Shown here: piece after piece, positions 37,254 through 52,700 of the stretch
Layout: each line of letters opens with the position of its first letter
Numbering within the stretch: the stretch's first letter is position 1
NCBI GenBank assembly: GCA_964057225.1
Contig: OZ059898.1
Coordinates: 20,088,001 to 20,152,000 of the forward strand
Origin: Auanema rhodensis
Lineage: Eukaryota > Animalia > Nematoda
Length of the DNA: 64,000 bases
Direction: 5' to 3'
Position numbers and translations under genes: made by a program
The notes under the pieces: model-generated
Databases searched by the model: none
The model's input: the letters and a program-made list of their open reading frames with translations, nothing else
What the model was told of the DNA's origin: nothing

Positions 37254-39902
37254 TTGGAAAATGATGCATTAGTGTATTTTGAGTTTCCATGTACACTCAA
37301 CATTGCTTCCAAAAACATTTTGACAAAAATTTTTTCGAAAAATTTCAAAATAATTTCGCAAAAAGTAAATGTTTTTAGATTCTTTTTTTTAAGGCAAAAA
37401 CGATGGACAATGTTATTCAACGAAAAAATTAATTCTTCAGGGTGAAAATCGAGGATATAAGTGTGAGCTTATATCAGTTGATATCTCGGTGCATTTTTAA
37501 GCTAGCGCAAATCTGATAACACAGATCGACGCAGCTTAAAAATCCGCATCGAATGCACTATACTACATTGAGAAACGCTTGATACAAAAATTAGTTATGA
37601 TCGTTTGGAAAGTGATGCATTAGTGTATTTTGAGTTTCCATGTACACTCAACATTGCTTCCAAAAACATTTTGACAAAAATTTTTTCGAAAAATTTCAAA
37701 ATAATTTCGCAAAAAGTAAATGTTTTTAGATTCTTTTTTTTAAGGCAAAAACGATGGACAATGTTATTCAACGAAAAAATTAATTCTTCAGGGTGAAAAT
37801 CGAGGATATAAGTGTGAACTTATATCAGTTGATATCTCGGTGCATTTTTAAGCTAGCGCAAATCTGATAACACAGATCGACGCAGCTTAAAAATCCGCAT
37901 CGAATGCACTATACTACATTGAGAAAAGCTCAATACAAAAATTAGTTATGATCGTTTGAAAAATGATGCATTAGTGTATTTTGAGTTTCCATGTACTTTC
38001 AGCATTGCTTCCAAAAACATTTTGACAAAAATTTTTTCGAAAAATTTCAAAATAATTTCGCAAAAAGTAGATGTTTTTAGATTTTTTTTTTCAAGGCAAA
38101 GACGATGAACAATGTTATTCAACGAAAAAATTAATTCTTCAGGGTGAAAATCGAGGATATAAGTGTGAACTTATATCAGTTGATATCTCGGTGCATTTTT
38201 AAGCTAGCGCAAATCTGATAACACAGATCGACGCAGCTTAAAAATCCGCATCGAATGCACTATACTACATTGAGAAACGCTTGATACAAAAATTAGTTAT
38301 GATCGTTTGGAAAATGATGCATTAGTGTATTTTGAGTTTCCATGTACACTCAACATTGCTTCCAAAAACATTTTGACAAAAATTTTTTCGAAAAATTTCA
38401 AAATAATTTCGCAAAAAGTAAATGTTTTTAGATTCTTTTTTTTAAGGCAAAAACGATGGACAATGTTATTCAACGAAAAAATTAATTCTTCAGGGTGAAA
38501 ATCGAGGATATAAGTGTGAGCTTATATCAGTTGATATCTCGGTGCATTTTTAAGCTAGCGCAAATCTGATAACACAGATCGACGCAGCTTAAAAATCCGC
38601 ATCGAATGCACTATACTACATTGAGAAACGCTTGATACAAAAATTAGTTATGATCGTTTGGAAAGTGATGCATTAGTGTATTTTGAGTTTCCATGTACAC
38701 TCAACATTGCTTCCAAAAACATTTTGACAAAAATTTTTTCGAAAAATTTCAAAATAATTTCGCAAAAAGTAAATGTTTTTAGATTCTTTTTTTTAAGGCA
38801 AAAACGATGGACAATGTTATTCAACGAAAAAATTAATTCTTCAGGGTGAAAATCGAGGATATAAGTGTGAACTTATATCAGTTGATATCTCGGTGCATTT
38901 TTAAGCTAGCGCAAATCTGATAACACAGATCGACGCAGCTTAAAAATCCGCATCGAATGCACTATACTACATTGAGAAAAGCTCAATACAAAAATTAGTT
39001 ATGATCGTTTGAAAAATGATGCATTAGTGTATTTTGAGTTTCCATGTACTTTCAGCATTGCTTCCAAAAACATTTTGACAAAAATTTTTTCGAAAAATTT
39101 CAAAATAATTTCGCAAAAAGTAGATGTTTTTAGATTTTTTTTTTCAAGGCAAAGACGATGAACAATGTTATTCAACGAAAAAATTAATTCTTCAGGGTGA
39201 AAATCGAGGATATAAGTGTGAACTTATATCAGTTGATATCTCGGTGCATTTTTAAGCTAGCGCAAATCTGATAACACAGATCGACGCAGCTTAAAAATCC
39301 GCATCGAATGCACTATACTACATTGAGAAACGCTTGATACAAAAATTAGTTATGATCGTTTGGAAAATGATGCATTAGTGTATTTTGAGTTTCCATGTAC
39401 ACTCAACATTGCTTCCAAAAACATTTTGACAAAAATTTTTTCGAAAAATTTCAAAATAATTTCGCAAAAAGTAAATGTTTTTAGATTCTTTTTTTTAAGG
39501 CAAAAACGATGGACAATGTTATTCAACGAAAAAATTAATTCTTCAGGGTGAAAATCGAGGATATAAGTGTGAGCTTATATCAGTTGATATCTCGGTGCAT
39601 TTTTAAGCTAGCGCAAATCTGATAACACAGATCGACGCAGCTTAAAAATCCGCATCGAATGCACTATACTACATCGAGAAACGCTTGATACAAAAATTAG
39701 TTATGATCGTTTGGAAAGTGATGCATTAGTGTATTTTGAGTTTCCATGTACACTCAACATTGCTTCCAAAAACATTTTGACAAAAATTTTTTCGAAAAAT
39801 TTCAAAATAATTTCGCAAAAAGTAAATGTTTTTAGATTCTTTTTTTTAAGGCAAAAACGATGGACAATGTTATTCAACGAAAAAATTAATTCTTCAGGGT
39901 GA
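37254..39902. repeat. Local 3-mer higher-order repeat (1053 bp period, ~2.6 units)
   Basis: Monomer types recur at 37254/38307/39360 and at 37605/38658/39711 (GGAAAGTGAT allele). The third monomer, with AAAGCTCAATA and ACTTTCAGC, recurs at ~37956/39009. Confidence 0.85.
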
Positions 39903-40750
39903 AAATCGAGGATATAAGTGTGAGCTCATATCAGTTGATATCTCGGTGCATTTTTAAGCTAGCGCAAATCTGATAACACAGATCGACGCAGCTCAAAAAT
40001 CCGCATCGAATGCACTATACTACATTGAGAAACGCTTAATACAAAAATTTGTTATGATCGTTTGGAAAATGATGCATTAGTGTATGTTGAGTTTCCATGT
40101 ACACTCAACATTGCTTCCAAAAACATTTTGACAAAAATTTTTTCGAAAAATTTCAAAATAATTTCGCAAAAAGTAGATGTTTTTAAATTTCTCTTTTCAA
40201 GGCAAAGACGATGGACAATGTTATTCAACGAAAAAATTAATTCTTCAGGGTGAAAATCGAGGATATAAGTGTGAACTTATATCAGTTGATATCTCGGTGC
40301 ATTTTTAAGCTAGCGCAAATCTGATAACACTGATCGACGCAGCTTAAAAATCCGCATCGAATGCACTATACTACATTGAGAAACGCTTGATACAAAAATT
40401 AGTTATGATCGTTTGGAAAATGATGCATTAGTGTATTTTGAGTGTCCATGTACACTCAACATTGCTTCCAAAAACATTTTGACAAAAATTTTTTCGAAAA
40501 ATTTCAAAATAATTTCGCAAAAAGTAAATGTTTTTAGATTTCTTTTTTCAAGGCAAAGACGATGGACGATGTTATTCAACAAAAAAATTAATTCTTCAGG
40601 GTGAAAATCGAGGATATAAGTGTGAACTTATATCAGTTGATATCTCGGTGCATTTTTAAGCTAGCGCAAATCTGATAACACAGATCGACGCAGCTTAAAA
40701 ATCCGCATCGAATGCACTATATTACATTGAGAAACGCTTAATACAAAAAT

Positions 40751-40770
40751 TAGTTATGAGTTGCGTTTGA
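40751..40770. other. Singleton small complex indel (+3 bp)
   Basis: TAGTTATGA-GTTG-CGTTTGA replaces consensus TAGTTATGA-T-CGTTTGA; monomer spacing here is 354 bp. Confidence 0.9.
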
Positions 40771-43700
40771 AAAATGATGCATTAGTGTTTTTCGAGTTTC
40801 CATGTACACTCAACATTGCTTCCAAAAACATTTTGACAAAAATTTTTTCGAAAAATTTCAAAATAATTTCGCAAAAAGTAGATGTTTTTAGATTTTTTTT
40901 TTCAAGGCAAAGACGATGGACAATGTTATTCAACGAAAAAATTAATTCTTCAGGGTGAAAATCGAGGATATAAGTGTGAGCTTATATCAGTTGATATCTC
41001 GGTCCATTTTCAAGCTGGCGCAAATCTAATAACACAGATCGACGCAGCTTAAAATTCCGCATCGAATGCACTATACTACATTGAGAAATGCTTGATATAA
41101 AAATTAGTTATGATCGTTTGAAAAATGATGCATTAGTGTATTTTGAGTTTCCATGTACACTCAACATTGCTTCCAAAAACATTTTGACAAAAATTTTTTC
41201 GAAAAATTTCAAAATAATTTCGCAAAAAGTAAATGTTTTTAGATTCTTTTTTTTAAGTCAAAAACGATGGACAATGTTATTCAATGAAAAAATTAATTCT
41301 TCAGGGTGAAAATCGAGGATATAAGTGTGAGCTTATATCAGTTGATATCTCGGTCCATTTTCAAGCTGGCGCAAATCTAATAACACAGATCGACGCAGCT
41401 TAAAAATCCGCATCGAATGCACTATATTACATTGAGAAACGCTTGATATAAAAATTAGTTATGATCGTTTGAAAAATGATGCATTAGTGTTTTTTGAGTT
41501 TCCATGTACACTCAACATTGCTTCCAAAAACATTTTGACAAAAATTTTTTCGAAAAATTTCAAAATAATTTCGCAAAAAGTAGATGTTTTTAGATTTTTT
41601 TTTTCAAGGCTAAGACGATGGACAATGTTATTCAACGAAAAAATTAATTCTTCAGGGTGAAAATCGAGGATATAAGTGTGAGCTTATATCAGTTGATATC
41701 TCGGTGCATTTTCAAGCTAGCGCAAATCTAATAACACAGATCGACGCAGCTTAAAAATCCGCATCGAATGCACTATACTACATTGAGAAACGCTTGATAC
41801 AAAAATTAGTTATGATCGTTTGAAAAATGATGCATTAGTGTTTTTTGAGTTTCCATGTACACTCAACATTGCTTCCAAAAACATTTTGACAAAAATTTTT
41901 TCGAAAAATTTCAAAATAATTTCGCAAAAAGTAGATGTTTTTAGATTTTTTTTTTCAAGGCAAAGACGATGGACAATGTTATTCAACGAAAAAATTAATT
42001 CTTCAGGGTGAAAATCGAGGATATAAGTGTGAACTTATATCAGTTGATATCTCGGTGCATTTTTAAGCTAGCGCAAATCTAATAACACAGATCGACGCAG
42101 CTTAAAAATCCGCATCGAATGCACTATACTACATTGAGAAAAGCTTAATACAAAAATTAGTTATGATCGTTTGAAAAATGATGCATTAGTGTATTTTGAG
42201 TTTCCATGTACTTTCAGCATTGCTTCCAAAAACATTTTGACAAAAATTTTTTCGAAAAATTTCAAAATAATTTCGCAAAAAGTAGATGTTTTTAGATTTT
42301 TTTTTTCAAGGCAAAGACGATGAACAATGTTATTCAACGAAAAAATTAATTCTTCAGGGTGAAAATCGAGGATATAAGTGTGAACTTATATCAGTTGATA
42401 TCTCGGTGCATTTTTAAGCTAGCGCAAATCTGATAACACAGATCGACGCAGCTTAAAAATCCGCATCGAATGCACTATACTACATTGAGAAACGCTTGAT
42501 ACAAAAATTAGTTATGATCGTTTGGAAAATGATGCATTAGTGTATTTTGAGTTTCCATGTACACTCAACATTGCTTCCAAAAACATTTTGACAAAAATTT
42601 TTTCGAAAAATTTCAAAATAATTTCGCAAAAAGTAAATGTTTTTAGATTCTTTTTTTTAAGGCAAAAACGATGGACAATGTTATTCAACAAAAAAATTAA
42701 TTCTTCAGGGTGAAAATCGAGGATATAAGTGTGAACTTATATCAGTTGATATCTCGGTGCATTTTTAAGCTAGCGCAAATCTGATAACACAGATCGACGC
42801 AGCTTAAAAATCCGCATCGAATGCACTATACTACATTGAGAAACGCTTGATACAAAAATTAGTTATGATCGTTTGGAAAATGATGCATTAGTGTATTTTG
42901 AGTTTCCATGTACACTCAACATTGCTTCCAAAAACATTTTGACAAAAATTTTTTCGAAAAATTTCAAAATAATTTCGCAAAAAGTAAATGTTTTTAGATT
43001 CTTTTTTTTAAGGCAAAAACGATGGACAATGTTATTCAACGAAAAAATTAATTCTTCAGGGTGAAAATCGAGGATATAAGTGTGAGCTTATATCAGTTGA
43101 TATCTCGGTGCATTTTCAAGCTAGCGCAAATCTAATAACACAGATCGACGCAGCTTAAAAATCCGCATCGAATGCACTATACTACATTGAGAAACGCTTA
43201 ATACAAAAATTTGTTATGATCGTTTGGAAAATGATGCATTAGTGTATGTTGAGTTTCCATGTACACTCAACATTGCTTCCAAAAACATTTTGACAAAAAT
43301 TTTTTCGAAAAATTTCAAAATAATTTCGCAAAAAGTAGATGTTTTTAGATTTGTTTTCTCAAGGCAAAGACGATGGACAATGTTATTCAACGAAAAAATT
43401 AATTCTTCAGGGTGAAAATCGAGGATATAAGTGTGAGCTTATATCAGTTGATATCTCGGTGCATTTTCAAGCTAGCGCAAATCTAATAACACAGATCGAC
43501 GCAGCTTAAAAATCCGCATCGAATGCACTATACTACATTGAGAAACGCTTGATACAAAAATTAGTTATGATCGTTTGAAAAATGATGCATTAGTGTTTTT
43601 TGAGTTTCCATGTACACTCAACATTGCTTCCAAAAACATTTTGACAAAAATTTTTTCGAAAAATTTCAAAATAATTTCGCAAAAAGTAGATGTTTTTAGA

Positions 43701-46700
43701 TTTTTTTTTTCAAGGCAAAGACGATGGACAATGTTATTCAACGAAAAAATTAATTCTTCAGGGTGAAAATCGAGGATATAAGTGTGAGCTTATATCAGTT
43801 GATATCTCGGTGCATTTTCAAGCTAGCGCAAATCTAATAACACAGATCGACGCAGCTTAAAAATCCGCATCGAATGCACTATACTACATTGAGAAACGCT
43901 TGATACAAAAATTAGTTATGATCGTTTGAAAAATGATGCATTAGTGTTTTTTGAGTTTCCATGTACACTCAACATTGCTTCCAAAAACATTTTGACAAAA
44001 ATTTTTTCGAAAAATTTCAAAATAATTTCGCAAAAAGTAGATGTTTTTAGATTTTTTTTTTCAAGGCAAAGACGATGGACAATGTTATTCAACGAAAAAA
44101 TTAATTCTTCAGGGTGAAAATCGAGGATATAAGTGTGAACTTATATCAGTTGATATCTCGGTGCATTTTTAAGCTAGCGCAAATCTAATAACACAGATCG
44201 ACGCAGCTTAAAAATCCGCATCGAATGCACTATACTACATTGAGAAACGCTTAATATAAAAATTTGTTATGATCGTTTGGAAAATGATGCATTAGTGTAT
44301 GTTGAGTTTCCATGTACACTCAACATTGCTTCCAAAAACATTTTGACAAAAATTTTTTCGAAAAATTTCAAAATAATTTCGCAAAAAGTAGATGTTTTTA
44401 GATTTTTTTTTTCAAGGCAAAGACGATGAACAATGTTATTCAACGAAAAAATTAATTCTTCAGGGTGAAAATCGAGGATATAAGTGTGAACTTATATCAG
44501 TTGATATCTCGGTGCATTTTTAAGCTAGCGCAAATCTGATAACACAGATCGACGCAGCTTAAAAATCCGCATCGAATGCACTATACTACATTGAGAAACG
44601 CTTGATACAAAAATTAGTTATGATCGTTTGGAAAATGATGCATTAGTGTATTTTGAGTTTCCATGTACACTCAACATTGCTTCCAAAAACATTTTGACAA
44701 AAATTTTTTCGAAAAATTTCAAAATAATTTCGCAAAAAGTAAATGTTTTCAGATTCTTTTTTTTAAGGCAAAAACGATGGACAATGTTATTCAACGAAAA
44801 AATTAATTCTTCAGGGTGAAAATCGAGGATATAAGTGTGAGCTTATATCAGTTGATATCTCGGTGCATTTTTAAGCTAGCGCAAATCTGATAACACAGAT
44901 CGACGCAGCTTAAAAATCCGCATCGAATGCACTATACTACATTGAGAAACGCTTGATATAAAAATTAGTTATGATCGTTTGAAAAATGATGCATTAGTGT
45001 TTTTTGAGTTTCCATGTACACTCAACATTGCTTCCAAAAACATTTTGACAAAAATTTTTTCGAAAAATTTCAAAATAATTTCGCAAAAAGTAGATGTTTT
45101 TAGATTTTTTTTTTCAAGGCAAAGACGATGGACAATGTTATTCAACGAAAAAATTAATTCTTCAGGGTGAAAATCGAGGATATAAGTGTGAACTTATATC
45201 AGTTGATATCTCGGTGCATTTTTAAGCTAGCGCAAATCTGATAACACAGATCGACGCAGCTTAAAAATCCGCATCAAATGCACTATACTACATTGAGAAA
45301 CGCTTAATACAAAAATTAGTTATGATCGTTTGGAAAATAATGCATTAGTGTATGTTGAGTTTCCATGTACACTCAACATTGCTTCCAAAAACATTTTGAC
45401 AAAAATTTTTTCGAAAAATTTCAAAATAATTTCGCAAAAAGTAAATGTTTTTAGATTTCTTTTTTCAAGGCAAAGACGATGGACGATGTTATTCAACAAA
45501 AAAATTAATTCTTCAGGGTGAAAATCGAGGATATAAGTGTGAACTTATATCAGTTGATATCTCGGTGCATTTTTAAGCTAGCGCAAATCTGATAACACAG
45601 ATCGACGCAGCTTAAAAATCCGCATCGAATGCACTATATTACATTGAGAAACGCTTGATATAAAAATTAGTTATGATCGTTTGAAAAATGATGCATTAGT
45701 GTTTTTTGAGTTTCCATGTACACTCAACATTGCTTCCAAAAACATTTTGACAAAAATTTTTCCGAAAAATTTCAAAATAATTTCGCAAAAAGTAGATTTT
45801 TTTAGATTTTTTTTTTAAGGCAAAGACGATGGACAATGTTATTCAACGAAAAAATTATTTTTTCAGGGTGAAAATCGAGGATATAAGTGTGAACTTATAT
45901 CAGTTGATATCTCGGTGCATTTTTAAGCTAGCGCAAATCTGATAAAACAGATCGACGCAGCTTAAAATTCCGCATCGAATGCACTATACTACATTGAGAA
46001 ACGCTTGATATAAAAATTAGTTATGATCGTTTGAAAAATGATGCATTAGTGTATGTTGAGTTTCCATGTACACTCAACATTGCTTCCAAAAACATTTTGA
46101 CAAAAATTTTTCCGAAAAATTTCAAAATAATTTCGCAAAAAGTAGATGTTTTTAGATTTTTTTTTTCAAGGCAAAGACGATGGACAATGTTATTCAACGA
46201 AAAAATTAATTCTTCAGGGTGAAAATCGAGGATATAAGTGTGAACTTATATCAGTTGATATCTCGATGCATTTTTAAGCTAGCGCAAATCTGATAACACA
46301 GATCGACGCAGCTTAAAAATCCGCATCGAATGCACTATACTACATTGAGAAACGCTTAATACAAAAATTTGTTATGATCGTTTGGAAAATGATGCATTAG
46401 TGTATTTTGAGTTTCCATGTACACTCAACATTGCTTCCAAAAACATTTTGACAAAAATTTTTTCGAAAAATTTCAAAATAATTTTGCAAAAAGTAAATGT
46501 TTTTAGATTCTTTTTTTTAAGGCAAAAACGATGGACAATGTTATTCAACGAAAAAATTAATTCTTCAGGGTGAAAATCGAGGATATAAGTGTGAACTTAT
46601 ATCAGTTGATATCTCGGTGCATTTTTAAGCTAGCGCAAATCTGATAACACAGATCGACGCAGCTTAAAAATCCGCATCGAATGCACTATACTACATTGAG

Positions 46701-47434
46701 AAACGCTTGATACAAAAATTAGTTATGATCGTTTGGAAAATGATGCATTAGTGTATTTTGAGTTTCCATGTACACTCAACATTGCTTCCAAAAACATTTT
46801 GACAAAAATTTTTTCGAAAAATTTCAAAATAATTTCGCAAAAAGTAAATGTTTTTAGATTTCTTTTTTCAAGGCAAAGACGATGGACGATGTTATTCAAC
46901 AAAAAAATTAATTCTTCAGGGTGAAAATCGAGGATATAAGTGTGAACTTATATCAGTTGATATCTCGGTGCATTTTTACGCTAGCGCAAATCTGATAACG
47001 CAGATCGACGCAGCTTAAAAATCCGCATCGAATGCACTATACTACATTGAGAAACGCTTAATACAAAAATTTGTTATGATCGTTTGGAAAATGATGCATT
47101 AGTGTATGTTGAGTTTCCATGTACACTCAACATTGCTTCCAAAAACATTTTGACAAAAATTTTTTCGAAAAATTTCAAAATAATTTCGCAAAAAGTAGAT
47201 GTTTTTAAATTTCTTTTTTCAAGGCAAAGACGATGGACAATGTTATTCAACGAAAAAATTAATTCTTCAGGGTGAAAATCGAGGATATAAGTGTGAACTT
47301 ATATCAGTTGATATCTCGGTGCATTTTTAAGCTAGCGCAAATCTGATAACACAGATCGACGCAGCTTAAAAATCCGCATCGAATGCACTATACTACATTG
47401 AGAAACGCTTGATACAAAAATTAGTTATGATCGT

Positions 47435-49732
47435 TTGGAAAGTGATGCATTAGTGTATTTTGAGTTTCCATGTACACTCAACATTGCTTCCAAAAACATT
47501 TTGACAAAAATTTTTTCGAAAAATTTCAAAATAATTTCGCAAAAAGTAAATGTTTTTAGATTTCTTTTTTCAAGGCAAAGACGATGGACGATGTTATTCA
47601 ACAAAAAAATTAATTCTTCAGGGTGAAAATCGAGGATATAAGTGTGAACTTATATCAGTTGATATCTCGGTGCATTTTTACGCTAGCGCAAATCTGATAA
47701 CGCAGATCGACGCAGCTTAAAAATCCGCATCGAATGCACTATACTACATTGAGAAACGCTTAATACAAAAATTTGTTATGATCGTTTGGAAAATGATGCA
47801 TTAGTGTATGTTGAGTTTCCATGTACACTCAACATTGCTTCCAAAAACATTTTGACAAAAATTTTTTCGAAAAATTTCAAAATAATTTCGCAAAAAGTAG
47901 ATGTTTTTAAATTTCTTTTTTCAAGGCAAAGACGATGGACAATGTTATTCAACGAAAAAATTAATTCTTCAGGGTGAAAATCGAGGATATAAGTGTGAAC
48001 TTATATCAGTTGATATCTCGGTGCATTTTTACGCTAGCGCAAATCTGATAACACAGATCGACGCAGCTTAAAAATCCGCATCGAATGCACTATACTACAT
48101 TGAGAAACGCTTAATACAAAAATTTGTTATGATCGTTTGGAAAATGATGCATTAGTGTATGTTGAGTTTCCATGTACACTCAACATTGCTTCCAAAAACA
48201 TTTTGACAAAAATTTTTTCGAAAAATTTCAAAATAATTTCGCAAAAAGTAGATGTTTTTAAATTTCTTTTTTCAAGGCAAAGACGATGGACAATGTTATT
48301 CAACGAAAAAATTAATTCTTCAGGGTGAAAATCGAGGATATAAGTGTGAACTTATATCAGTTGATATCTCGGTGCATTTTTAAGCTAGCGCAAATCTGAT
48401 AACACAGATCGACGCAGCTTAAAAATCCGCATCGAATGCACTATACTACATTGAGAAACGCTTGATACAAAAATTAGTTATGATCGTTTGGAAAGTGATG
48501 CATTAGTGTATTTTGAGTTTCCATGTACACTCAACATTGCTTCCAAAAACATTTTGACAAAAATTTTTTCGAAAAATTTCAAAATAATTTCGCAAAAAGT
48601 AAATGTTTTTAGATTTCTTTTTTCAAGGCAAAGACGATGGACGATGTTATTCAACAAAAAAATTAATTCTTCAGGGTGAAAATCGAGGATATAAGTGTGA
48701 ACTTATATCAGTTGATATCTCGGTGCATTTTTACGCTAGCGCAAATCTGATAACGCAGATCGACGCAGCTTAAAAATCCGCATCGAATGCACTATACTAC
48801 ATTGAGAAACGCTTAATACAAAAATTTGTTATGATCGTTTGGAAAATGATGCATTAGTGTATGTTGAGTTTCCATGTACACTCAACATTGCTTCCAAAAA
48901 CATTTTGACAAAAATTTTTTCGAAAAATTTCAAAATAATTTCGCAAAAAGTAGATGTTTTTAAATTTCTTTTTTCAAGGCAAAGACGATGGACAATGTTA
49001 TTCAACGAAAAAATTAATTCTTCAGGGTGAAAATCGAGGATATAAGTGTGAACTTATATCAGTTGATATCTCGGTGCATTTTTACGCTAGCGCAAATCTG
49101 ATAACACAGATCGACGCAGCTTAAAAATCCGCATCGAATGCACTATACTACATTGAGAAACGCTTAATACAAAAATTTGTTATGATCGTTTGGAAAATGA
49201 TGCATTAGTGTATGTTGAGTTTCCATGTACACTCAACATTGCTTCCAAAAACATTTTGACAAAAATTTTTTCGAAAAATTTCAAAATAATTTCGCAAAAA
49301 GTAGATGTTTTTAAATTTCTTTTTTCAAGGCAAAGACGATGGACAATGTTATTCAACGAAAAAATTAATTCTTCAGGGTGAAAATCGAGGATATAAGTGT
49401 GAACTTATATCAGTTGATATCTCGGTGCATTTTTAAGCTAGCGCAAATCTGATAACACAGATCGACGCAGCTTAAAAATCCGCATCGAATGCACTATACT
49501 ACATTGAGAAACGCTTGATACAAAAATTAGTTATGATCGTTTGGAAAGTGATGCATTAGTGTATTTTGAGTTTCCATGTACACTCAACATTGCTTCCAAA
49601 AACATTTTGACAAAAATTTTTTCGAAAAATTTCAAAATAATTTCGCAAAAAGTAGATGTTTTTAGATTCTTTTTTTTAAGGCAAAAACGATGGACAATGT
49701 TATTCAACGAAAAAATTAATTCTTCAGGGTGA
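47435..49732. repeat. Local 3-mer higher-order repeat (1053 bp period, ~2.2 units)
   Basis: The GGAAAGTGAT allele occurs at 47435/48488/49541. The intervening monomer pairs are 47786/48839 and 48137/49190, and TTTTACGCT...TAACGCAG markers keep the same phase. Confidence 0.85.
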
Positions 49733-52700
49733 AAATCGAGGATATAAGTGTGAGCTTATATCAGTTGATATCTCGGTGCATTTTTAAGCTAGCGCAAATC
49801 TGATAACACAGATCGACGCAGCTCAAAAATCCGCATCGAATGCACTATACTACATTGAGAAAAGCTTAATACAAAAATTTGTTATGATCGTTTGGAAAAT
49901 GATGCATTAGTGTATGTTGAGTTTCCATGTACACTCAACATTGCTTCCAAAAACATTTTGACAAAAATTTTTTCGAAAAATTTCAAAATAATTTCGCAAA
50001 AAGTAGATGTTTTTAAATTTCTTTTTTCAAGGCAAAGACGATGGACAATGTTATTCAACGAAAAAATTAATTCTTCAGGGTGAAAATCGAGGATATAAGT
50101 GTGAACTTATATCAGTTGATATCTCGGTGCATTTTTAAGCTAGCGCAAATCTGATAACACAGATCGACGCAGCTTAAAAATCCGCATCGAATGCACTATA
50201 CTACATTGAGAAACGCTTGATACAAAAATTAGTTATGATCGTTTGGAAAATGATGCATTAGTGTATTTTGAGTTTCCATGTACACTCAACATTGCTTCGA
50301 AAAACATTTTGACAAAAATTTTTTCGAAAAATTTCAAAATAATTTCGCAAAAAGTAAATGTTTTTAGATTCTTTTTTTTAAGGCAAAAACGATGGACAAT
50401 GTTATTCAATGAAAAAATTAATTCTTCAGGGTGAAAATCGAGGATATAAGTGTGAGCTTATATCAGTTGATATCTCGGTGCATTTTTAAGCTAGCGCAAA
50501 TCTAATAACACAGATCGACGCAGCTTAAAAATCCGCATCGAATGCACTATATTACATTGAGAAACGCTTGATATAAAAATTAGTTATGATCGTTTGAAAA
50601 ATGATGCATTAGTGTTTTTTGAGTTTCCATGTACACTCAACATTGCTTCCAAAAACATTTTGACAAAAATTTTTTCGAAAAATTTCAAAATAATTTCGCA
50701 AAAAGTAGATGTTTTTAGATTTTTTTTTTCAAGGCAAAGACGATGGACAATGTTATTCAACGAAAAAATTAGTTCTTCAGGGTGAAAATCGAGGATATAA
50801 GTGTGAGCTTATATCAGTTGATATCTCGGTCCATTTTCAAGCTGGCGCAAATCTAATAACACAGATCGACGCAGCTTAAAATTCCGCATCGAATGCACTA
50901 TACTACATTGAGAAATGCTTGATATAAAAATTAGTTATGATCGTTTGAAAAATGATGCATTAGTGTATTTTGAGTTTCCATGTACACTCAACATTGCTTC
51001 CAAAAACATTTTGACAAAAATTTTTCCGAAAAATTTCAAAATAATTTCGCAAAAAGTAGATGTTTTTAGATTTTTTTTTTCAAGGCAAAGACGATGGACA
51101 ATGTTATTCAACGAAAAAATTAATTCTTCAGGGTGAAAATCGAGGATATAAGTGTGAACTTATATCAGTTGATATCTCGATGCATTTTTAAGCTAGCGCA
51201 AATCTGATAACACAGATCGACGCAGCTTAAAAATCCGCATCGAATGTACTATACTACATTGAGAAACGCTTAATACAAAAATTTGTTATGATCGTTTGGA
51301 AAATGATGCATTAGTGTATTTTGAGTTTCCATGTACACTCAACATTGCTTCCAAAAACATTTTGACAAAAATTTTTTCGAAAAATTTCAAAATAATTTCG
51401 CAAAAAGTAAATGTTTTTAGATTTCTTTTTTCAAGGCAAAGACGATGGATGATGTAATTCAACGAAAAAATTAATTCTTCAGGGTGAAAATCGAGGATAT
51501 AAGTGTGAACTTATATCAGTTGATATCTCGGTGCATTTTTAAGCTAGCGCAAATCTGATAACACAGATCGACGCAGCTTAAAAATCCGCATCGAATGCAC
51601 TATACTACATTGAGAAACGCTTGATACAAAAATTAGTTATGATCGTTTGGAAAATGATGCATTAGTGTATTTTGAGTTTCCATGTACACTCAACATTGCT
51701 TCCAAAAACATTTTGACAAAAATTTTTTCGAAAAATTTCAAAATAATTTCGCAAAAAGTAGATGTTTTTAGATTTTTTTTTTCAAGGCAAAGACGATGGA
51801 CGATGTTATTCAACAAAAAAATTAATTCTTCAGGGTGAAAATCGAGGATATAAGTGTGAACTTATATCAGTTGATATCTCGGTGCATTTTTACGCTAGCG
51901 CAAATCTGATAACGCAGATCGACGCAGCTTAAAAATCCGCATCGAATGCACTATACTACATTGAGAAACGCTTAATACAAAAATTTGTTATGATCGTTTG
52001 GAAAATGATGCATTAGTGTATGTTGAGTTTCCATGTACACTCAACATTGCTTCCAAAAACATTTTGACAAAAATTTTTTCGAAAAATTTCAAAATAATTT
52101 CGCAAAAAGTAGATGTTTTTAAATTTCTTTTTTCAAGGCAAAGACGATGGACAATGTTATTCAACGAAAAAATTAATTCTTCAGGGTGAAAATCGAGGAT
52201 ATAAGTGTGAACTTATATCAGTTGATATCTCGGTGCATTTTTACGCTAGCGCAAATCTGATAACACAGATCGACGCAGCTTAAAAATCCGCATCGAATGC
52301 ACTATACTACATTGAGAAACGCTTAATACAAAAATTAGTTATGATCGTTTGGAAAATGATGCATTAGTGTATTTTGAGTTTCCATGTACACTCAACATTG
52401 CTTCCAAAAACATTTTGACAAAAATTTTTTCGAAAAATTTCAAAATAATTTCGCAAAAAGTAAATGTTTTTAGATTCTTTTTTTTAAGGCAAAAACGATG
52501 GACAATGTTATTCAATGAAAAAATTAATTCTTCAGGGTGAAAATCGAGGATATAAGTGTGAGCTTATATCAGTTGATATCTCGGTGCATTTTTAAGCTAG
52601 CGCAAATCTGATAACACAGATCGACGCAGCTTAAAAATCCGCATCGAATGCACTATATTACATTGAGAAACGCTTGATATAAAAATTAGTTATGATCGTT

